In this document: piece by piece, positions 47,411 through 53,214 of the stretch | How positions within the stretch are numbered: the first letter of the stretch is position 1 | How the letters are laid out: every line of letters begins with the position of its first letter | Sequence record: DRR723986_5604 | Length of the DNA stretch: 53,214 nt | Direction: 5' to 3' (one strand) | Position numbers and translations under genes: made by a program | The notes under the pieces: generated by a model | Database searches by the model: none | Told to the model about the DNA's origin: nothing | Seen by the model: only the letters and a program-made list of their open reading frames with translations

Positions 47411-47451
47411 TGTCAGGCTGGTGTCAGTGAGCGCTGTCAGAACGTTGTCAT
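47411..47451 (+). promoter_or_regulatory. Two pairs of TGTCA(G/T) direct repeats, 11-nt period (OmpR-type sites)
   Basis: TGTCAG at 47411, 47422 and 47435; TGTCAT at 47446. Confidence 0.65.
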
Positions 47452-47478
47452 GGACAGAAACCACGACACGGCGAGAAG

Positions 47479-48537
47479 ATGATGGTGAATTGGGTTTTGC
47501 GCACAGCGCTTGCGGCAACCTCCCTGGCAATATTAGGCGAACCGGCACTCTCCCAGACAGTTGAGGTCTCTGCGGCGAGCCGGAAAGCGCTCGGCATTTC
47601 GACTGAGCCTGTTCGGACAGAAAGTTCCATCGAGGGTACACGGACATTTGGAACCGTGATCGCCCCTCCGGGAAATTCCTCACCCGTTGCCAGCCCATTC
47701 GAAGCCGTACTGCTGGAGCCGCTGGTCATTCCCGGTATGCAAGTGGAGGCCGGAAATCCGGTCGCCCTGCTCTACAGCCCTGGATATGAAACGGCCCGCG
47801 CAGAAGTCGAATCCCAGCGCATCTTGGCCGAACATATGGACCACCTGCTTGAGCGCGCATTGGAGCTTCGTGAACTCGGTTTGCGCTCCGCGCAGGAAGC
47901 AGATGAAGCCGAGCACGATTCAAAATCGGCGCATCTTAATCTCGCAGCTTCGCAGCGCCGTCTGAGCGCAGTACGCAGCGCGGGCGGTGCCGGCCGCTTC
48001 AAGCTTGTCGCGCCTGCTTCCGGTACAGTAGCCAGCGTATCGGTTACCGCCGGTGAGGCGGTTGGCATGTCCGAACCGTTTCTCTCGATCTTTGACGGCA
48101 AGCGCTACTGGCTCGATGTGGCGTTGCCGGAGCGTGTGGTAAGCACATTCTCCATTGGATCCTCAGTATCCCTAGCAGGGTCTGCCGATAAAGGCACCGT
48201 AGTCGCAATCGACCCGACAGTCGACGCGCGCTTGCAATCTGTCCGGATAAAGATCGAACTGCCGGCATCGGCCTCCTGGCGCCTCGGCCAATTGGTCAAC
48301 CTGTCGCTCGACACAGCGGAGCAGAAAACCAATCTCGTCATTCCCGCGCGGGCCATCGTCCGCATCAACGGCACAGACTGTGTTTTCATTGACACGGGCG
48401 AAGGCTTCCGCCGGGCGGAGGTCAGCGTGATCACCCGCAGCCGCGACGATGCCGTGCTGAGCGCCGGCGTCTCTCCCGGCGATCAGGTTGCCGTCTCCGG
48501 TCTCGCTGCCCTCAAGAACCTCGCTGAAGGAGTCTGA
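47479..48537 (+). CDS. RND efflux periplasmic adaptor (CzcB-like)
   Basis: Signal peptide, lipoyl-like VASPF/APASGTV, IPARAI, GDQVAVSG. Confidence 0.9.
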   Translation: MMVNWVLRTALAATSLAILGEPALSQTVEVSAASRKALGISTEPVRTESSIEGTRTFGTVIAPPGNSSPVASPFEAVLLEPLVIPGMQVEAGNPVALLYSPGYETARAEVESQRILAEHMDHLLERALELRELGLRSAQEADEAEHDSKSAHLNLAASQRRLSAVRSAGGAGRFKLVAPASGTVASVSVTAGEAVGMSEPFLSIFDGKRYWLDVALPERVVSTFSIGSSVSLAGSADKGTVVAIDPTVDARLQSVRIKIELPASASWRLGQLVNLSLDTAEQKTNLVIPARAIVRINGTDCVFIDTGEGFRRAEVSVITRSRDDAVLSAGVSPGDQVAVSGLAALKNLAEGV

Positions 48538-48542
48538 GGACC

Positions 48543-51500
48543 GTGCTGGATCGCCTTGTCTCCTTTTCGCTCACGCAGCGTATCTTCATTCTGGGCGCCG
48601 CCCTGCTGCTGGCCATATCCGGCCTCTATGCATCGGCCCGCCTTCCGATTGACGCCTTTCCCGAGATTGCCCCAACACAGGTCAAGATCATCCTGAAAGC
48701 CCCCGGCATGACGCCGGAGGAAGTTGAATCCCGCGTTGTCCGTCCTCTGGAAATGGAACTGCTCGGAATTCCCGACCAGACCATCATGCGCGCTAAAGCG
48801 AAGTATGCGATCGCCGACGTCACCATCGATTTCAAGGAAGGCACAGACATCTATTGGGCGCGCCAGCAGGTCTCCGAACGCCTGACGGCCGTTAGCGGAG
48901 ACTTCCCGGAAACGGTTTCCGGTGGCCTTGCTCCGATCTCCACCGCCCTGTCGGAAGTCTTCATGTTCACCATCGAGAGTGACGAACTCTCCCTGGAGGA
49001 ACGCCGCTCCCTGCTCGACTGGGTCATCCGCCCCGCTTTGCGCACCCTGCCGGGCGTGGCGGACGTCAATGCCCTTGGCGGCCGGGTGCGGACGTTCAAC
49101 ATCGCACCGGACGAAGCGGCCATGGCGATGGCGGGCATCAGCCTGGATGACATCCGCACGGCGCTTGAGAACAACAATCGTAATGATGGCGCCGGTCGGA
49201 TGTCAGAAGGCGAAGAAGCCCTCGTCGTCCGTTCCATAGGTGCAGCCGAAAACGAAGCGGACATCGGGGCACTGGTCATCCGCGAAACGGATGGGCAAGT
49301 CCTCCGCCTGCGTGACATTGCAACCGTCCAGCTTGGCAGCCTCACACGCTATGGCTCCGTCACCCGCGACGGAACCGGCGAAGCTGTCGAAGGCATCGTC
49401 GTCGCCCTCCGCGGCGCCGATGCCAGAACGGTCATCAAAGGGGTCGAAGACAAACTTTCAGAACTTCAGAGCAGCCTGCCCGAAGGCACAGAAATCGAAG
49501 TTTTCTACAACCGCTCCGACCTGATCGAAAAAGCCGTCTGGACGGTTACGGAAGCCCTGCTGATTGCCGTTGTTCTGGTGATCACCCTTCTCATCGTCTT
49601 CCTTGGAGATTGGCGCGCTGCGCTGGTCGTGACCCTGATCCTGCCCGCATCTGCACTGGCAACCTTCCTCCTGATGAAAATGTTTGGCCTCTCGGCGAAC
49701 CTTATGAGCCTTGGCGGCCTTGCCATCGCGATCGGCATGATCGTGGATGGCGCCATCGTGGTCACGGAAAATGCCGTCGAGCGCCTGCACGAGAACCCGA
49801 AATCCAGCAAGCTGCACGTCATCTATCGCGCAGCATCTGAAGTCGCTCTACCCACCGCGGCGGGCATTTTCATCATCTGCCTCGTTTTCGTTCCGCTGCT
49901 CACGCTGCAAGGCCTTGAAGGGAAACTGTTTGCACCGGTAGCACTGGCCATCGTGTTTGCCCTTGGTTCCGCCCTTCTGCTGGCGTGTACATTGATCCCG
50001 GTGCTTGCGTCCTATCTCCTGAAATCCTCCGGAGCGCATGAGACCTTCCTAATGCGGATACTCACACCGGCATATCGCAGCATTCTGAACCGCGTCCTGA
50101 ACACGCCAGTGATCGTCTACGCGGTTGCGGCTATCAGCGTGGTGCTTGCCGGCTTCGCTTACACATCCACCGGCAAGACATTCATGCCGACCATGAATGA
50201 GGGGGCCGTCGTGATGCAGCTCGCGGCGCTTCCCTCCATCAACCTCAACCAAAGCGAAGCCGACGCGATGCGTGCGCAAGCCGCCATTCTGGATAAGGTT
50301 CCGGAAGTCGAGCACATTGTTGCCCGCATCGGCTCAGATGAACTCGGCCTCGACCCGATGGGCCTGAACGAATCCGACATGTTCCTCGAACTCGCACCGC
50401 GGGAAGACTGGCGCGGGCCGGATACGGAATGGCTTGTCGGAGAAATCCGCAGTGTCATGGACGACTTTGTCGGCATTGAATCCTCCTTCACCCAGCCGAT
50501 TGAAATGCGTGTCTCGGAAATGCTGACAGGCTCCCGGGGCGACCTGGCCGTCAAGATATTCGGACCCGACTCCGATGAACTGGCTGATCTGGCCGGGCGT
50601 GTGGAACAAGCCATCTCGACCGTTCCGGGCGCCGCAGACGTATTCACTGCATCGAATGATGTTTCCGAATATCTGCAGGTCGATATCGATCCGATCCGGG
50701 CCGGCCGTCTGGGACTGGATGTCATTACAATCCAGGATGAGCTGCGGTCGCGCCTTGAAGGTGTTCTCGCCGGCGAAGTCATTGAACCAGGCCGACGGAC
50801 CCCGATCGTCATCCGCCAGAACCAGGCCGAAGGAACTGGCGCCTTTGACTTTGGCAACCTTCTGATCGTGAACCCAGCCGGCGAGATGGTGCGCCTCTCC
50901 GATGTCGCGACTGTATCCCGTGTCGCCGGGCTCGCCTCTGTTGCCCGCGAAAATGGGTCTCGCTACGCCGTGGTGCAGGCCTTCGTTTCCGGACGGGATC
51001 TCGTCGGCTTCGTCGCCGATGCGCAGGCCGCAGTCGATGCGGCGGTCGCGTTGCCAGCGGGCTACACGCTGGAGTTCGGCGGTGAGTTCGAGAACCAGCG
51101 CCGCGCGTCGGCCCGCCTGTCGCTGATGGTGCCACTGTCACTCAGCCTGATCTTTGTTGTCCTGTTCGGTACCCTGAGATCGATGCGGCAGGCGCTGCTG
51201 ATCCTGCTGAACATCCCGTTTGCACTGGTTGGCGGGATCATCGCGCTTAGCCTGTCAGGCGAGTATCTTTCTGTTCCGGCATCAGTGGGCTTCATTGCCC
51301 TCCTCGGGATCGCTGTCCTCAACGGGCTCGTTCTGGTCACCTGTTTCAATGACCTCCGCGCACTTGGTCTCGACACGGAACAGGCCGTGCGACAGGGAGC
51401 TGAACGCCGGCTGCGTCCGGTCCTGATGACCGCGGCAGCCGCCGCCCTCGGTCTCGTCCCGCTCCTGTTCGCGCATGGCCCGGGCTCTGAACTCCAACGT

Positions 51501-51653
51501 CCGTTGGCGATCGTTGTGGTCGGCGGGCTCGTTTCTTCCACCATTCTGACACTGTTCCTTCTGCCTGTGCTTTACCGCCGGTTCGGTGTCGACCGCACGC
51601 CAGCCGGTGTGCCGCAAGGAGAGGTCCAATGGATTCGCCCCTACGCAAACTGA
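48543..51653 (+). CDS. CusA/CzcA family heavy-metal RND permease
   Basis: LPIDAFP, NLMSLGGLAIAIGMIVDG, EGKLF, RLRPVLMT, LQRPLA. Confidence 0.96.
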   Translation: MLDRLVSFSLTQRIFILGAALLLAISGLYASARLPIDAFPEIAPTQVKIILKAPGMTPEEVESRVVRPLEMELLGIPDQTIMRAKAKYAIADVTIDFKEGTDIYWARQQVSERLTAVSGDFPETVSGGLAPISTALSEVFMFTIESDELSLEERRSLLDWVIRPALRTLPGVADVNALGGRVRTFNIAPDEAAMAMAGISLDDIRTALENNNRNDGAGRMSEGEEALVVRSIGAAENEADIGALVIRETDGQVLRLRDIATVQLGSLTRYGSVTRDGTGEAVEGIVVALRGADARTVIKGVEDKLSELQSSLPEGTEIEVFYNRSDLIEKAVWTVTEALLIAVVLVITLLIVFLGDWRAALVVTLILPASALATFLLMKMFGLSANLMSLGGLAIAIGMIVDGAIVVTENAVERLHENPKSSKLHVIYRAASEVALPTAAGIFIICLVFVPLLTLQGLEGKLFAPVALAIVFALGSALLLACTLIPVLASYLLKSSGAHETFLMRILTPAYRSILNRVLNTPVIVYAVAAISVVLAGFAYTSTGKTFMPTMNEGAVVMQLAALPSINLNQSEADAMRAQAAILDKVPEVEHIVARIGSDELGLDPMGLNESDMFLELAPREDWRGPDTEWLVGEIRSVMDDFVGIESSFTQPIEMRVSEMLTGSRGDLAVKIFGPDSDELADLAGRVEQAISTVPGAADVFTASNDVSEYLQVDIDPIRAGRLGLDVITIQDELRSRLEGVLAGEVIEPGRRTPIVIRQNQAEGTGAFDFGNLLIVNPAGEMVRLSDVATVSRVAGLASVARENGSRYAVVQAFVSGRDLVGFVADAQAAVDAAVALPAGYTLEFGGEFENQRRASARLSLMVPLSLSLIFVVLFGTLRSMRQALLILLNIPFALVGGIIALSLSGEYLSVPASVGFIALLGIAVLNGLVLVTCFNDLRALGLDTEQAVRQGAERRLRPVLMTAAAAALGLVPLLFAHGPGSELQRPLAIVVVGGLVSSTILTLFLLPVLYRRFGVDRTPAGVPQGEVQWIRPYAN

Positions 51654-51940
51654 CGCTTGTCTGCCCGAAAAGCATTCAGCCCACCGTGCTGGACACGTTA
51701 GACGCACTTGACCCGCCGCTGCCCGGCTATACCAGCCATGATGGGCTCGGCCATGGCAGCTCCCTGGATCTCGCCTCGACCGCGGAAAAGGTGAAAGGCG
51801 CGATGAAAGTCTTCACTGTACTGATGGTCCTGCCGGAGAATGCCATTCCGCTTGTGCTGGAAACCATCCGCCAGGCCTGCCCGCGCCGCCAGATCTCCTA
51901 CTGGATCGAACCCGTACTCGATTTTGGACGCCTCAAATGA
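51629..51940 (+). CDS. DUF3240-like (PII/GlnB-fold) small protein
   Basis: LTLVCP..GYT..GHG..EKVKG..YWIEPVLDFG. Confidence 0.8.
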   Translation: MDSPLRKLTLVCPKSIQPTVLDTLDALDPPLPGYTSHDGLGHGSSLDLASTAEKVKGAMKVFTVLMVLPENAIPLVLETIRQACPRRQISYWIEPVLDFGRLK

Positions 51941-53166
51941 AACTGCCTCTTCTTGCCGCCGCGTTTGCTGGCGCCATCTTCTTCGCCCAACCTGCCGCCA
52001 GCCAGACCGATCCTGTTGTCGACCTGATGGAACAGGCCATCCGGACGAGCCCGTCTTACCGCTCTGCCAAGGCCGATGTGGACCGGGCGAGCGCCTCGGC
52101 GCGGCGGATCGCTTCCGGCCCTTATGAGTTCGAGGTGAATGCCAGCGGCGGGCAGCGCAAGATCGATGACCCTCTGGCATCGGAGAACCGGTATACGGAA
52201 TGGTCTGCCGGCATTTCCCGCACTGTGCGCCTGCCGGGCAAGCGCCAGGTCGACTCCAATCTGGCGCAGCTGGAAATCGACCTTGCCGGTACCGGGCTCG
52301 ACCAATCCCTGTTCGCGGAGCGCGAAAAGTTCGCTTCGCTCTGGAATACCTGGCGCCGGGCGGACCTATTGTCGGAGTCCTCTGCGTCTCAGGCGGCGGA
52401 AGCGTTGCGCATCGCCGAACTCCAGCAGATCGCCGTGGACAAAGGTGCGGAGCGCCAGATCCGGGCGGACCAGCTGGCCGCCGAGGCCGGCTTGCTGCAA
52501 TTGCAGGCCGAGCAGGACCGAACAGCCGCTCAGGTCGCCCGCGCGTCCCTTGTGGCCCGCTATCCCGATATCGTATTTCCGGAGCGGACTGCGCCGCTCC
52601 ATGTGTCCGACGCGATGATATCCCCCCTGTTCGAGGCGGATATCGAGAACACACCGTCTTATCGCCGCGCAGGCCTGGTTGCGGAACAGGCCCGGCTGAA
52701 GGCACAACGGGCGCGGATGGAAAAACGCCCGGACCCGACCTTCGGGCTCGATTTCGGCAATGAGTTTGGCGGATCCGAAACCAGTGTCATGGCCCGGGTC
52801 AGTATTCCCATCGGCGGCTCGGCACGCCGGGCCTATGCGCAGGAAATGTCTGCCAGCGCCACCGTTGCCGAGCTGGACCGCGTCACCGCCCAGCGAGAAG
52901 CCTTCCAGGCGGTGCAGTCTGCGCGGCAGTCTCTCGGCGCTTCGATGACGCTCTACGAAAAATCCCTTGAAACAGCCGAGTCCTCCCGGAAGATTCTGGA
53001 GACGATCCAGAAAGGCTACGAGTATGGTGAGATCACCATCACCGAATTCCTGAACGGCCGGCGTGCCCTGATCTCGGCCGAACGGATGGTGGCGGAACAA
53101 CGCGCGCGGCTGGAAAGCGACGTCCTTCTGCTGTTGGCCCTGACAGGTGGTCCGGAAGCGAAATAG
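51937..53166 (+). CDS. TolC/CzcC family outer-membrane efflux protein
   Basis: Signal peptide, LPGKR, PDPTFG, VSIPI, GYEYGE; ATGA coupling. Confidence 0.9.
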   Translation: MKLPLLAAAFAGAIFFAQPAASQTDPVVDLMEQAIRTSPSYRSAKADVDRASASARRIASGPYEFEVNASGGQRKIDDPLASENRYTEWSAGISRTVRLPGKRQVDSNLAQLEIDLAGTGLDQSLFAEREKFASLWNTWRRADLLSESSASQAAEALRIAELQQIAVDKGAERQIRADQLAAEAGLLQLQAEQDRTAAQVARASLVARYPDIVFPERTAPLHVSDAMISPLFEADIENTPSYRRAGLVAEQARLKAQRARMEKRPDPTFGLDFGNEFGGSETSVMARVSIPIGGSARRAYAQEMSASATVAELDRVTAQREAFQAVQSARQSLGASMTLYEKSLETAESSRKILETIQKGYEYGEITITEFLNGRRALISAERMVAEQRARLESDVLLLLALTGGPEAK

Positions 53167-53214
53167 CTCCTTTCGCCAGCACGTTTGCCCGGAAACGCCT
53201 CGGCGCTCCGGCAA

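Noticed and set aside
1-53214. CRISPR array, tRNA, integrase/transposase, prophage or defence genes
   Set aside because: No regularly spaced repeats, cloverleaf or corresponding protein motifs were seen

Overview
GC-rich alphaproteobacterial chromosome segment. The gene content suggests Caulobacterales/Hyphomonadaceae, but that is inference. No rRNA, tRNA, CRISPR array or intact mobile element was seen. It reads as a mosaic of accessory modules: (1) 3' part of dnaE2; (2) a TetR-linked sulfatase module (lipoprotein FGE, two Cys-type sulfatases, GST, DUF1330) with three copies of a TGACA-N7-TGTCA operator; (3) rpoE-chrR divergent from ufaD/ufaO-like genes, with back-to-back sigmaE promoters; (4) a candidate periplasmic amino-acid nitrogen-scavenging system: an orphan NasT-like ANTAR regulator, a dual A1/G4 hexaloop RNA motif in the leader of a TonB-dependent receptor, Tat-exported PLP aminotransferase and M19 dipeptidase, and a circularly permuted Tat D-amino-acid oxidase, with ahpCF and a Tat L-amino-acid oxidase/cytochrome c/lipoprotein-Rid trio nearby; (5) an RpiR-linked organophosphate locus (PhnCDE-like ABC, HAD, TBDR, PhoD); (6) a collapsed amidohydrolase/TBDR pseudogene relic; (7) putP-proC-proB with an EctR/CosR-like MarR and matching operators; (8) a two-component system plus a heavy-metal RND efflux operon. 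Module 4 is the best candidate for an undescribed system. All calls rest on motif recognition only; no database search or RNA folding was run.
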